Positions 13,480-26,327 of a DNA stretch of 64,000 nucleotides are shown here, in pieces. Position 1 is the first letter of the stretch; each line of letters starts with the position of its first letter. The DNA comes from Octopus sinensis (taxonomy: Eukaryota): contig NC_043003.1 in NCBI RefSeq assembly GCF_006345805.1, forward strand, positions 55,180,001-55,244,000, in the 5' to 3' direction. The position numbers and the translations under genes are program-made. Below the pieces are notes generated by a model, which was not told the DNA's origin, made no database searches, and was given only the letters and a program-made list of their open reading frames with translations.

Positions 13480-13585
13480 TCTCAGCACTAGGCTTCAAAA
13501 AATAAATCCTGGGGTCGATTTCTTCGACTAAAAAGATCATTTGAGTTGATGTCAAATGTCTAAAACAAATAAAAGAATAAAAGAA
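13480..13585 (+). mobile_element. SINE family A 3' fragment
   Basis: CTAGGCTT..AATAAATCCTGGGGTCGATTTCTTCGACTAAA...AAATAAAAGAATAAAAGA. Confidence 0.7.
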
Positions 13586-13613
13586 CACACACACACACAC
13601 GCATATACATACA

Positions 13614-13650
<37 letters not shown>

Positions 13651-13657
<7 letters not shown>

Positions 13658-13920
13658 ATCACGTGACCGACCAGATCATCAGATGTTGCTACACATCGCT
13701 GGTCACAATGCGTTCGCATTGTTTTAGCCTTCGAATGACGCCACCCCGCTGGCTAAGCGAGCAGGCCTACAGAAGAAAGACTGAAAGAGTGGTGAAAGAG
13801 TACAGCAGGAATCACCACCCCCTGCCGGAGCATCGTGGAGCTTTTTTTTAGGTGTTTTCGCTCAATAAACACTCACAACGCGAGTCCGCTACCCTAACCA
13901 CTGGGCCATTGCGCCTCCAC
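13651..13920 (-). mobile_element. tRNA(Arg)-like SINE (family C)
   Basis: Reverse complement begins GTGGAGGCGCAATGGCCCAGTGGTTAGGGTAGCGGACTCGC (A-box; TCG anticodon-like loop). The T-arm is deleted; the body is unique and ends in a CACGTGAT tail. Confidence 0.8.
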
Positions 13921-13940
13921 ACACACACACATATATGAGC

Positions 13941-13971
<31 letters not shown>

Positions 13972-14149
13972 CAATTCTACCATTTGTTATCTGTATATAT
14001 CAAAATTCGACACTGTGTGGACTAAAATCGCCGTTGACAGTCCGCTGGTATTTATAGCGTTAAAAACCTGCGGTATGCAAATTAGGGACTCCTTCATAGA
14101 GTAATAATTTGGCTGCTTGTTTCTCAGAAGATGTCAGATTGATGTAGAC

Positions 14150-14192
14150 GCCTCTGATGAGAAGCCAATGGTGTTCGAAAATCGATTAAGGT
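14150..14192 (+). ncRNA. Minimal type-I hammerhead ribozyme motif
   Basis: Stem I GCCT/AGGT; core CTGATGA at 14154-14160; stem II GAA...TTC at 14161-14176; GAAA at 14177-14180; palindromic stem III AATCGATT; UUA triplet with predicted cleavage after 14188. Confidence 0.7.
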
Positions 14193-14263
14193 TGTTCAGC
14201 ATTTTTTTTTCAGTCTGCGGAGAAAGGGCTAAAATTTGCCCTTTTCATAATTATGCCATATGT

Positions 14264-14310
<47 letters not shown>

Positions 14311-15006
14311 GTATGTGTGTGTGTATGTGTGTGTGTTGACGCATAGCATGAAATCAAGATGATATTTTGAAGTAACAGTAACTCTAATGTAAATATTACC
14401 AAAGACACGTATCAATATCCGCCGTTCGCTTTTGTCTACGGGGTGATTAATTTATCTTGGTTTGACATAATATTTGTTTTTTGACACTCGACGTCTTAAA
14501 GGGACCTTTGGCCACTATAAATCCCGCAACTAATAAGCATATATACAAAACACATACATTTAGCATGTGACATCCGTAGTTTATACATTATTAGAGCTGC
14601 TTCTAATTCAAAATTAAAATTTGTTTTATTTGTCCTGTGCTGTTACACACCAGCAGATAGGTTGTGCGCTTTCTCCAACTATAACTCAGACCAGAGAATT
14701 CTTTTCGACGTGTGACGATAATACGGTTCTATTGCGGTTCTCGTGTGCTCATAGGACGATCTGTTTCACCATTGTTTAAAATATTTAGTTTTTATTTAAC
14801 GCTCACCATCTTAAAGGGGCGTATAAGTAGAATATGTACATGAAGTATAGGACACGATTAATGTATAGAATGAAGTTAAAATAATGCGTTACAAATGGCC
14901 TTATGTTTCTTTACAGCGAACTTTTTCAAATGACTGGTGTATATAGTACTATTTGCAAATAGAAGTGATTGAAGTCATTTCAAAACATTTCACAAAATAT
15001 GTCTAA

Positions 15007-15098
15007 GTGGCTGTGTGGTAAGGAGCTTGCTTACCAACCACATGGTTCTGGGTTCAGTCCCACTGCGTGGCAACTTGCGCTAATGCCTTCTACTATAG
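15007..15098 (+). mobile_element. SINE family A 5' fragment
   Basis: GTGGCTGTGTGGTAAGGAGCTTGCTTACCAACCACATGGTTCTGGGTTCAGTCCCACTGCGTGGC. Confidence 0.85.
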
Positions 15099-16951
15099 AA
15101 TGTTTCTGCGATAACATCAACAGGCGGATGGGCAGGGGAAGATGATGAACCTCATTCGTATATTTTAAAATTCAGCGGTACTGACCTTGAATATGATCTG
15201 TCTGATACTGTTAGTTGGAGAGATATGTTCAATTCTTCCAGTGCCTTCTAATTTAGTATTTTTAATATTTAATATAGTTGAAGTCCCATGCTGATGAAGA
15301 AAATGGTTAGGTAAAGTATAATTCTACATTCTTTACACCGATCTAACTCCGAAACGCGTAATCAAATATCGAATGATTTTCGTTATTTTTACTCTCTACC
15401 TGCGTGTATTGGTTTCAAGTACTTTATTTTTCCGGGTGTCCCTTTTTAAAGGAGAGGAAATAGCTAAGTTTCTTGGCTGCTATTTCTAAACTTCGGTATG
15501 TTGTGTAAAGCAAATCTTTGCTGAACCCTAATTATAAAGTAGATTATATAATATATATATAATATATATAATATATTTATTATATATATATATATATATA
15601 TTATATACTGCATTCATACACATTCTAATTGAACATAGTATTATAATATTAAGTGATTTGTAACGATTTTGCTAGGGCTTCTACCACGACGAGCGATCTT
15701 GTAAAATATTCTTCTTTGACACGAATTACAATGCTGGGAGTATATCTAAAATCTAAAATAACAATTTTATCGGGTGAATTACTGATTTTCCTATACGAGG
15801 GCCCCAGACTAATACATAAAGATAACGATTTCTAGAAGCGAATAATGATTTGTGTTAGAGGAAAAAGTCGATTTTATTAGTACCAGCACTGATCTCAGGA
15901 TTAGCATAATCCATACACCCAATAAGCACCGCTTTTTGTCCGTCCGCATGAAATCTCCGGATACGGAGTTCGGTGTATTTATGCTGGTTGCAGAGTTGGT
16001 TGTCAAAGGTAGCTAATTGCAGATTCAACTGGCCTTTTATATCGCACACTCAATATATCTAGTAATTGGTACTTGGAATTTGAATTTAGAGAACAATATG
16101 TTGGAACAAACCCCGCTAAACATTATCTCCTATTCGCTGATAATCTTCCAATCCCCACGTGGGGATATAATAATGATAATATTATTAGCAATATTATTTT
16201 ATTATATCATAGGATTTTGCAAAAATTAAATGATGAAAGATCCATAAAAATGCAATGCTTTCGAATTTCAGTTTTCATTAAGAATTCACTTTTCTAAATT
16301 CAGCTTCTTTTAACCTATAAATAATAATTTGCTCACTGTCATTTTAGACTTTCGGCCAGCGAAGATGTTTAAGATCCTAGTAATCGCAACTAATATGCAC
16401 AAACTTTAAGAAAGAAAATCTTGTGTGACATAGATGTTATACTAATCAGTGATTGTATTACTAGCAGCATACAAATTCTCAGGCGATAATTACAGAATCA
16501 AGAAGATAACCGGAGAAAATGGCTATTTCAAGGTCATATGAAACTTTACTTCAAAGATCACAAAGAGAAGAAAATATGTAAATGAAAGGAAATGCAATAT
16601 AATTTCAAATTCTTGTTCAACGAACACAAAGGCAAGAAAATAAAAGAGCATTTATTAATGCAAAGTCACTTCAGACAAGAGAAGTAATAGTTGCAGCGAT
16701 TGTTTTACAAAACAGTTCGAGCAGATAAGGGAAATTAGCAAACAGGCTACAATTGGTGGACTTAAGGAAACAAGCACAAACAATACGTAGGAAAGATATG
16801 GTGTACGGAAAGAACTTCAACCAGTTCAAAACCAGATCTGAAGTTCAGCTTGTGTTAAAGTATTGGTTATAGAACAATAACACCTATTTCTGGGTTTTGT
16901 AAACGGCATATCTATCTATGTATCTCTCTAACATACATATTAGAAAGACAA

Positions 16952-16995
<44 letters not shown>

Positions 16996-17245
16996 ACACA
17001 CGCGCGCAAGCAGACACGCACACACATGTATGAATCACAATGGTTATTCTGATTTTGTTCTGAGATTTATATACATGCGCTTTGTTCTTAATACGTTTAT
17101 CATCACCTTTAATAACGCAAACTTATGATTCGTGTGACGTATTTGGGATTACGTTTTATGACATTGCTCTACATGTGTTCCTCTGTACACTACCGCCTTG
17201 ACGCACGACTTATGCAATACACTCAGAGTGTACTTTATGGATTTA

Positions 17246-17470
17246 TGGCTTAGTGGTTAGGGTGTTGGAACCATGATCGTAAAGCTGTGGTTTCGATTCC
17301 TGGACCGGGTAATGCGTAGTGTTATTGATCAAAACCCTACATTTCACATTTCCTTTGTCCACTGAGCCGGTAAAAATGAGTAATCCTACGACGGATCGGC
17401 GTCCCGACCAGGAAAGAATATACTTGCCAAAGAAACCGGGAAGTAGAACCTGCGCGCCTTACGGAGTAAG
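17246..17470 (+). mobile_element. tRNA-derived SINE with Meta/MESC-like central domain
   Basis: TGGCTTAGTGGTTAGG A-box, GTTTCGATTCC B-box, then AATCCTACGACGGATCGGCGTCCCGACCAGG...GAAACCGGG. Confidence 0.65.
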
Positions 17471-17593
17471 GTGGACTAACCAATATCTATATAATACCTT
17501 GCGTTATATTTCTGTCTATATTAATCAGTTGCTTGATCTACAAGTCTGTCTGAATATCGGTTGTTAAATAGTGTTGTTGTTGTATTATTATTA

Positions 17594-17630
<37 letters not shown>

Positions 17631-17631
<1 letters not shown>

Positions 17632-17924
17632 TATGTTTGACTTTTGCTTTATGTCTGTACAAGTTGGCTCCAAGTCTCACCCAGTGTCCTCAAGAGACAA
17701 CAGGTTGGAAGTTCTGTGCCATATATATTTTTTTTGTGTTGTACTAGTGAATGTCTAATACATAAAAAAAAATAATAAATAAATAAAAAGTTGTTTTTTA
17801 AAACCTTGGGATTACATAGAGAGTATTTTGCTTCCAGAAGTTCCAGAGGAGTGAGATGTGGTCATTTTCAAGCACAGGAGGGGATTGTGTTCCCACCAGT
17901 TTATTATTATTATTATTATTATTA

Positions 17925-17959
<35 letters not shown>

Positions 17960-18227
17960 TATGTTTGACTTTTGCTTTATGTCTGTACAAGTTGGCTCCA
18001 AGTCTCACCCAGTGTCCTCAAGAGACAACAGGTTGGAAGTTCTGTGCCATATATATTTTTTTTGTGTTGTACTAGTGAATGTCTAATACATAAAAAAAAT
18101 AATAAATAAATAAAAAGTTTGTTTTAAACCTTGGGATTACATAGAGAGTATTTTGCGTTCCAGAAGTTCCAGAGGAGTGAGATGTGGTCATTTTCAAGCA
18201 CAGGAGGTGGATTGTGTTCCCACCAGT
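17631..18227 (-). mobile_element. Two tandem copies (period 328 bp) of an internally deleted RLE-LINE 3' end with (AAT)n tails
   Basis: Minus strand reads WWEHNP..ENDHISLLWNF fused to (S/R)KILSM* plus 3' UTR. Copies at 17631-17900 and 17959-18227. Confidence 0.7.
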
Positions 18228-18233
18228 TTATTA

Positions 18234-18278
<45 letters not shown>

Positions 18279-18280
18279 GT

Positions 18281-18348
<68 letters not shown>

Positions 18349-18349
18349 T

Positions 18350-18957
18350 TTTATTGTCTTTGCACAACTTCTTAGGCTGGAGATGTAATATGGTGTCAGC
18401 TGTTCACAACCAGTGAAGTAAGGTAACACCGCTTAATTTACGAGCAACATCCGGACTTTTCGAGTGCTTCCAAGCAGTACTGTTTCTTGCAAGTGCTCCA
18501 CCTTTATTGCTGCCCATATTTGTTCCATGCACTTCTCAAGATTTTTACTCACACTTCCCATTGCTCCGACAATTATCGGTACTACTACCACCTTTTTCAG
18601 TGACCACAACTGCTTAACCTCACAAGCTAAACTGTTAAATCTATCGACTTTTCTTTCTTTATCGCATAGCTTGTTGTCAACTGGGCATGCTATATCTATG
18701 ATCCAGCATAGTTTACTTTCTTTCTCAATTAAGACTATGTCTGGTTTTATATACTCTATCGCATGGTCGCACTGAATCATAAAATCCTATTCGATATTTG
18801 CATTCACACATTCGATGATGTTCGGGTTTACGTTCGTACCACTTTATTCCTCTGTCAAGTCCATACTCGTTGCAAAGTATCCAATGGACAATCCTTGCTA
18901 TATTGGCATGATGCTTCTTATATTTTTTCTGGGCTAGTGGCCAATCGGTTTCACCAT
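18350..18957 (-). mobile_element. 5'-truncated non-LTR retrotransposon with restriction-like endonuclease (R4/Dong- or NeSL-like)
   Basis: LAQKKYKKHHANIARIVHWILCNEYGLDRGIKWYE, then IQCDHAIEYIKPDIVLIEKESKLCWIIDIACP..VPIIVGAMG..LQETVLLGSTRKVR (PD..D RLE). Tail is (ACT)n(AAT)n. Confidence 0.9.
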
Positions 18958-19221
18958 TCTTCTTCTTCTTCTTCTTCTTCTTCTTCTTCTTCTTCTTCTT
19001 CTTCTTCTTCTTCTTCTTCTTCTACTTCTACTTCTTCTTCTTCTTCTTCTTCTCTTCTTCTTCTTCTTCTTTCTCTCACTTCTTCTTCTTCTTCTGTTCT
19101 TCTGCTTTCTCTTCTTCTCCTCCTCTTCTCCTCCTCCTTCTTCTTTTTCTTCTCTTCTCTTCTTCTCCTCCTCCTCTTTTTCTTCTTCTTCTTCTTTGTT
19201 TTCTTTGTTTTCTTCTTCTTA

Positions 19222-19792
19222 CCGGTTATTCTTTACTTGAAAGCAGGCAATAACAAATCACCAAAGGCTTCAAGTAGCGCTAGCGCCTTCTCCTGTGACT
19301 TAGAGAGACAATTCTCTCCTTAAAATGCGAGCTGTATCCAACAATGCTGTCTTCTGGATCACCTCGTGCCTCACAGAAGCTCCGATATTCTTAATATGCT
19401 TTTCAAAGCCCTTGGAAACTGCTCTTAATGCTCCAATTACCATCGGTATCACCGTTACTTTCTTCATGCTCCATAATTTTCCTCTCTCGTCCCGCAGTGG
19501 TTGGTATTTCTCAGTCTTTTCTGTTTCCATGCCTTTCACCCTCGAATCCCCTGCTATTGCAAAATCTATTATGTTTACTTCTTTTTAATCTTTATGGATG
19601 AGCACGTTATCTGGCTGTCCCAACTCTATGACTTGGTGGCACTGTATGTTAAAATCCCAGAGAGTTTTCCAATGTTCGCTTTCCATTACTTCCTCTGGCT
19701 TGTGTTCTTACCATTGTTGGGCTGTCTCGAGATTTGCTTTACCGCACAACATATAGGGACATATCTGGGCACATTGCCGTGTCTCCTTTGTT
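19222..19792 (-). mobile_element. Second 5'-truncated RLE-LINE of a different subfamily
   Basis: IIDFAIAGDSRVK..EKYQPLRDE..KLWSMKKVTVIPMVIGALRAV..IQKTALLDTARILRRELSL*. Tail is (AAG)n at 18958-19220. Confidence 0.9.
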
Positions 19793-19796
19793 ATTA

Positions 19797-19854
<58 letters not shown>

Positions 19855-20208
19855 GAGTGAGAGAGCAGTTCATGCCATCAAAGTGACACTGGGGTAAAAT
19901 ATACGAAGCCCAATATACCCATCATGACTACCCGTCTGATAAGGGTACACCAGGCACATGCATCACAACCATATGTGCGCGACATGGTGATCTCATATCA
20001 AGATAAACAGCACATGACCTTGCAGGTGGAGCCCAGTTAGAATTTTCTTCAGATCGAGTAACCCATCCCGCTCAAAAGGTCCCTGAATAAGGGTTGTTTA
20101 AGGACGTTGAACGAAACACCCATGTTTCCAGAGGTGAATTATTCAAACCCCAAAGAATCCTTCTCAACACATGGCTATGATGCTCCTCCACTACTTCTGC
20201 TCGTGATC
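19855..20208 (-). mobile_element. Non-coding retroposon 3' segment with (AAT)n tail
   Basis: Complex GC-richer segment bounded by (ATT)n tracts on both sides, assumed to share the polarity of the adjacent LINE ends. No ORF. Confidence 0.55.
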
Positions 20209-21322
20209 TATTATTATTATTATTATATTATATTATTATTATTATGTGTATTATTTAGCGTAGCATTTGTTGGAAAAAACTAAATCTAAATTTCCTCATG
20301 AGTAGGAATTTAACACTGACATTTCTTTAAGTTGTATGAGCATTTGCTTTTCTATATTAATAAGTGCACGGGTTCGTATTTTTTTTGTACACTCATTTCA
20401 GATAACTTGGCTTTTAATCTGAAAGTATATCTCTCGATATGGAATTGCACAAGTACTTAATTGGATGATGGTTTCCAGTCATGGTTTATTCCGTAAGAGC
20501 CCTTTATCCTTCTACATATCTATTCTTCTATATTCTTCTATAACATCTTCTATTGTGTCCCATTATGATTTATACACATCAACGCATCTACTGTTTGTTA
20601 CGTGCTTGAATTTTGGTAGTATTTTATGTTCTATTGGGGTCCAGTAGAATAGGTCGAACGTTGGTCATAGGGAGGGATACATAAATACACCGTCTCAACG
20701 TTTATACAAGTAGTCTAAGGCAGTGAATATTTACTACTATTTTACAAGTTAATAGCATTTATTTTATTGAATATTGCTAGTACCCTGAATGGATTCATTT
20801 CGCGGTGTTTCTATATATTACGTAATATAATTTTGAATGTTTCTGCGATAGCGGTAAGATTTCATACATCTTTTCATTTCTATCACTTAAAATGTCTACA
20901 AAGTGTTTCGATTACTTGTACTTGTCCGGTGTGTAACATTTGATAATGACCTGCTTGGCGATTCTTTAGAAAGGTTTTCGATCGGAAAGGGTTCAATTTT
21001 TAGTGTATATTTCTCTATCATACCTATATTCTGGGGTGAATAATCCTTTTGCATGAACGCACGTTCCAGAATCCACTTTGTGTGTTTACCGCTGTAAGTA
21101 TTTTATGTAATTAAATTTGTAATTGCTTCGTATTTTCTGTTTGCAACTTTGTAAACGCGATTTCGTCATTAGAAAGTTCCAAACGAAATAGAAGTATTTC
21201 ATAGGCGTACAAGAGAAAACGCTAACAAAAAGAGATCAAATTTCAAAATAGCCGAGTTTTCAATATTAAATACAAATGCACACACACACACACACACACA
21301 CGCACACAACACACACAAACAC

Positions 21323-21362
<40 letters not shown>

Positions 21363-21366
21363 AACC

Positions 21367-21403
<37 letters not shown>

Positions 21404-21963
21404 AACACACGACATTTGAAATAGCGTGTTAGCATTAACGTTTCATTTTAAAACGAGCGATACTGAATTCCAGTGTAATGACTTTATAAGTCTTACAGAT
21501 GTTTATAAATAATTGTTTTCCGTGTATCAGGAAAACATAATAACAATATATATAGTTACATATTACCACTTGAAAAGAGAAGGTTCAACAACAAGATAAT
21601 ATAAATATGATGAAAAAGACTTCTCAGATGTATAATATAAAACCACTTTCGTTACACCTTCTGAAATAATATTTTTTTTCCTCAGCTATTTCGAAGAAAG
21701 TTTATCCGGCCACATATACAATATACACACATACACATACATACGTGCGTACATGCGTGTTACATATGTATCCATACACCAAAGTATATGTATGTCTTTC
21801 CCAATAAATGCAGGTACATGCATATGTGAGTGCCTATATGTACATATATATATATATATGAGTACGATTTATTCGGGATCAGAGGCGTTCGTAAACCGAG
21901 GTACTACTGCACTATAAAGGAATACATACATACATACATTATATACATACATATACATATATA

Positions 21964-22016
<53 letters not shown>

Positions 22017-23001
22017 ATATATATATACTTATGTATATACAGATGTACGTATATGTATATATGCGTACATCTATTATCTGTCTATCTATCAATCTACGTA
22101 TCTATCTGAGTGTCTGTCAGTTCTCTCTCTCTCTCTTCGCTCTCCTTCTTTCTCTCTTACTCTCTCTCTCTCTCTGTATCTCTCTCCCACTCTCTAAATA
22201 TATACGTATACTCGTACAGTCACATACACACAAACTCGTGTGATCGTGCGGGGAGGAGGGCATGAATTGTCGCTGTCAACGGAGTGTGATTTAGAATACA
22301 GATGTAGTATTTAACATATCTTCCGAAAACAGATTGATCCACCCGAAGAAAGAATGTAAAACAAGTGTTAAGAAAGAAAAAATAGCAACTACATATGTAT
22401 GTATATATATATATAAATATATATAATGGTGTGTATGTATGTATGTATGTGTGTGTGTTTACTTATATATGAATATATGTGTGTCTTCATGTCTGTAGAT
22501 GTGTATGTGTATACATACACACATATATTAATAAAGACAGGAGATATTAAGAAAAAACGGAAAGAGTGAAAAGGAAATGAGCAGAATTTATGGAAGTCTT
22601 TGTTTTGGCATAACTTGTTATACGCGCGAGTTTTCTCTTTTTCGTATTTTTGTGTTATTTCATTTATCCTCGGAAATAAATCTAACAAAAAAAAAAAAAA
22701 AAAAAGCGGGACAATAGGGGTGAAGAAAAATTCTAGATCTAAGCTTGGTTTTTGAAATTAAGCTGAATAATTTGACAGCAATTTTGTGATCAAGGAAAAC
22801 AAATATTCAAAAAAAGGGCGGTGTTTATTTTCGGCAGCTTCCGAAAGCGGAAGTGGTTTGTTTTATAATATATATAGTTTGATTTCTTTGTTCTTACAAC
22901 ATTACAATTATTATTATTATTATTATCATCATCATTATTATTATTATTATTATTATTATTTTATGGTTGCTTTTGTGGTTGTTTTTGTTATTATGTTACT
23001 G

Positions 23002-23035
<34 letters not shown>

Positions 23036-23338
23036 GTTATTATTATTTTTTTTTTTGAAGGTCTGAAATATATCATTTCTAACATCTGAAAGATATTTAT
23101 TTTTGCTTTAAAGTTAATAGGTAAAAGAATAATATTACTGGAAATAATACATATACTCACATATAATACATTAGTCATTCCTCCCTTGACAGGCTGTAAG
23201 AGTGTATGTATGTATATATGTATGTCTCTGTGTATGTATGTGTGCGTGTATATATATATATGTGTATGTATACACATTTATGTGTATGTACGTGCATGTA
23301 TATATATATTTATATCTATATTTATATATGTGTATAAG

Positions 23339-23408
<70 letters not shown>

Positions 23409-23440
23409 CTATATACACATACATATTTATATACATATAT

Positions 23441-23579
23441 GACGGGCTTCTAACAATCCACCCATAAGACTTTGTTCATCTCGAGGCTACAGTATAAGAC
23501 GATTCCCGGGGTATTAAGCAGAGGGACTGAACCACGAAACTCGTCGTTGGGAAACAGACTTCTTACCACACCTGCGCCT
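23441..23579 (-). mobile_element. Degenerate SINE family A 5' half
   Basis: Reverse complement reads AGGCGCAGGTGTGGTAAGAAG...GTGGTTCAGTCCC...AGAAGCCCGTC. Confidence 0.7.
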
Positions 23580-25196
23580 CTATATATTTTTGTGTTGGTG
23601 TATATGTTTCATTAAAACGTTGCACAACCACAATTCATCAACGTATAAATATCCATTCTCCTAGCAACTGATTTACAGTTTCTGTGAAACTGATCAGACG
23701 AAATTGTCGAGAGACGAGAAAGAGTAGGAATGTGCTTTTCACTAAGTGGAGCTCTTTCACTAATCACCTGTCTTCAAGCTGACCACTAGGGAGCTAATAA
23801 AAAGATGCCTTCTCGAAGGACACCTTTGAAATGTTCAGTTTTCCGTAATTGCAGTCATTTAATCTGATTAATCACTATACGTTTCAATCAACTTTGTAAC
23901 ACGTTGTCAAGGAAAAATCTCACCTGTGTATCACTGCAAATCCTACTGATTATAGCGACCCGCTGAAAAATGCGCCGCATATTTTCGTCGTATTTAAACA
24001 ACCTCTTAAGCACACATACTCAACAAATCACTCGCTAACTCTTCTTTTCCCTCGGTTGTCCTTCCAAATCTAGTTCATATCAAGGCCAAAATATTAGTCT
24101 TGGCATCTTCTCGTCAATATAAACGAGCATTTGGAACTGAAATTTTATACCCTAATCAATACCATGAAATTCATTTTCACTATATCATTAAATAAAAAGT
24201 TATTAGCTTTTAAACTTTGCAAATTTTGGGTATTTTAGCCAATCGTAAGTCACAAGCACATTCATGCCTGCTTCCATAATTAAATAGTCAAGCATGAGAA
24301 CTCTTTTGTATGCGAGATAGCAAGTGCTGAAAAATATATTCTACGCGAAATATGCTTCTTGTACCCTGGTCGAAAGATGTGCAAAAATAACAGCTAATAG
24401 CCCTTAATTCAGGCACCCCCAACTTTTGTGTGTGTGTGTGTGTGTGTTTGACGGGGTGCATTATCGTATGAATTCCCGAGTGTAGAACACAAATTCGCAA
24501 AGATTTTCTGAAAATCATAAAGAGTAATATGTTTATGGGGATTATATGTTGTGCGTAAAGCAGAGGTGGATTTATTTACAATTCCATATTAAAACGTGCT
24601 ATTTTTAGAATGGTGACAACTCGTATTGTTATGCGTAATATGACACACTTCCAAATCCTGTTTTTCGACTGGGTGAAAATTATCAAATTTGAAACCTACG
24701 TAACTTTTCAAAATAAACTTTTCTGAAAAACAGTAAAATATCTCTTGAGAATAGGCTTGGAAAATTACATTAATACATCAAATTTTAAGATTTTCAATAA
24801 ATTTGAAATTTTCACAGCTGGGGCCAAATTGAAAAAAATTCCTTCTCGGCGAACTTTGTAATTATTTCATTCAGTAGAAATAAAAGTGAATTTTAAAAGT
24901 TGGCACTACTTGTACAGCGGAAGTAAACATTTGTTTATCAAATATGCATATGTCTCTATATATACTGATATTAATATCATAATGCCTCATTCATTACTTG
25001 ACATAATTAATACATGTAGATGAGGGTAAGCTGGCATATGTACCAATGTACATATTTATCTATATATCTATATCTGTCTATCAATCTGTGTTTGTGTGTG
25101 TGTGTGAAATATAAACAACATAATAACATGTGTATTTATAGACGTATATATATATATACACAAACTAAGGCACTACACTACACTTTATTATATATA

Positions 25197-25234
<38 letters not shown>

Positions 25235-26291
25235 ATATATATTATCATATATACTAAGGCACTACACTATGTATATATACTAAGGCACCCTCATCACTAA
25301 ACATACAAGTCATTGCCACACGTGATGGTATCTTAATAATACCGTCCCTTATATTATATATATATGTGTGTGTGTGTGTATGTATATATGTACACATGTA
25401 TACATACATACATATATCCATACATACATACACACATACATATAGCCATCCTCCATACATATATGTATCTATATACACTTCCTGCAAGTGGAAAAAAGAT
25501 TCGCCTCTGAAATACGAACTTGAAAAGAAATTTACTTGTTTACACACATACACACACACGCACACATACACATAAACACACATAAAACACACACACACGC
25601 ACGCCATATATATATATATATATACACCCACATACTTACACTCACAAAACACGCTCGCACACACAAATACACACGCTCCCACACAAATTGTTAAGAGTGA
25701 GGCAGAGAGAAGGGAATGGGATTTCTATAGGATTATATGGATATGAAAAATACTTAGGTCAGCATAATATAAATTAAGATATATGGAATAACGAATAAAC
25801 GGCTCATAGGAAATACGCACATACACTCTCTGCGCCCACACTCCTATGTCACTCAAAAAGATAAAATAGAAAATAGAATGTAATACAAAGAAAATAAAAA
25901 AGATCAGATACAAATACAATGAGACTAGGGAAATAATAAATTAAAAACAAGTCTTCTAAGATTTTTTTTTTTCTGGGGGTTTTATAGATGTTGGGTGGAG
26001 GATATTGTAGGAATGGAAAAGCTTGACAGCATTTGCTATTGAGATAATTCCAGAGTTTAAGACCTCCTTAATCTGATGGCGATAACAGACGGAGGGGCGT
26101 AGAAATGTTGGCAAATCTGTAGAATGCATGGGTATATAGTTACACACACACACTTACGCACACACAAACACACACACATGCGCCAATACACACGCATACC
26201 TACACGGACACACACGCATATACGCACATACATACATCCGTACATACATTCATATATACATACATCGTTACATACATGTATACACAAACGT

Positions 26292-26327
<36 letters not shown>

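Noticed and set aside
16073-16297. ORF MEFEFREQYVGTNPAKH...
   Set aside because: No recognisable motif or splice context; may be decayed Penelope-like sequence but cannot be supported.
22845-22860. CTTCCG-AAAG-CGGAAG hairpin / ETS-like site near GGGCGG
   Set aside because: Isolated short motifs with no transcription-start or gene context.
24140-24930. Possible non-autonomous DNA transposon
   Set aside because: Composition is suggestive, but no convincing TIR pair or TSD could be aligned.
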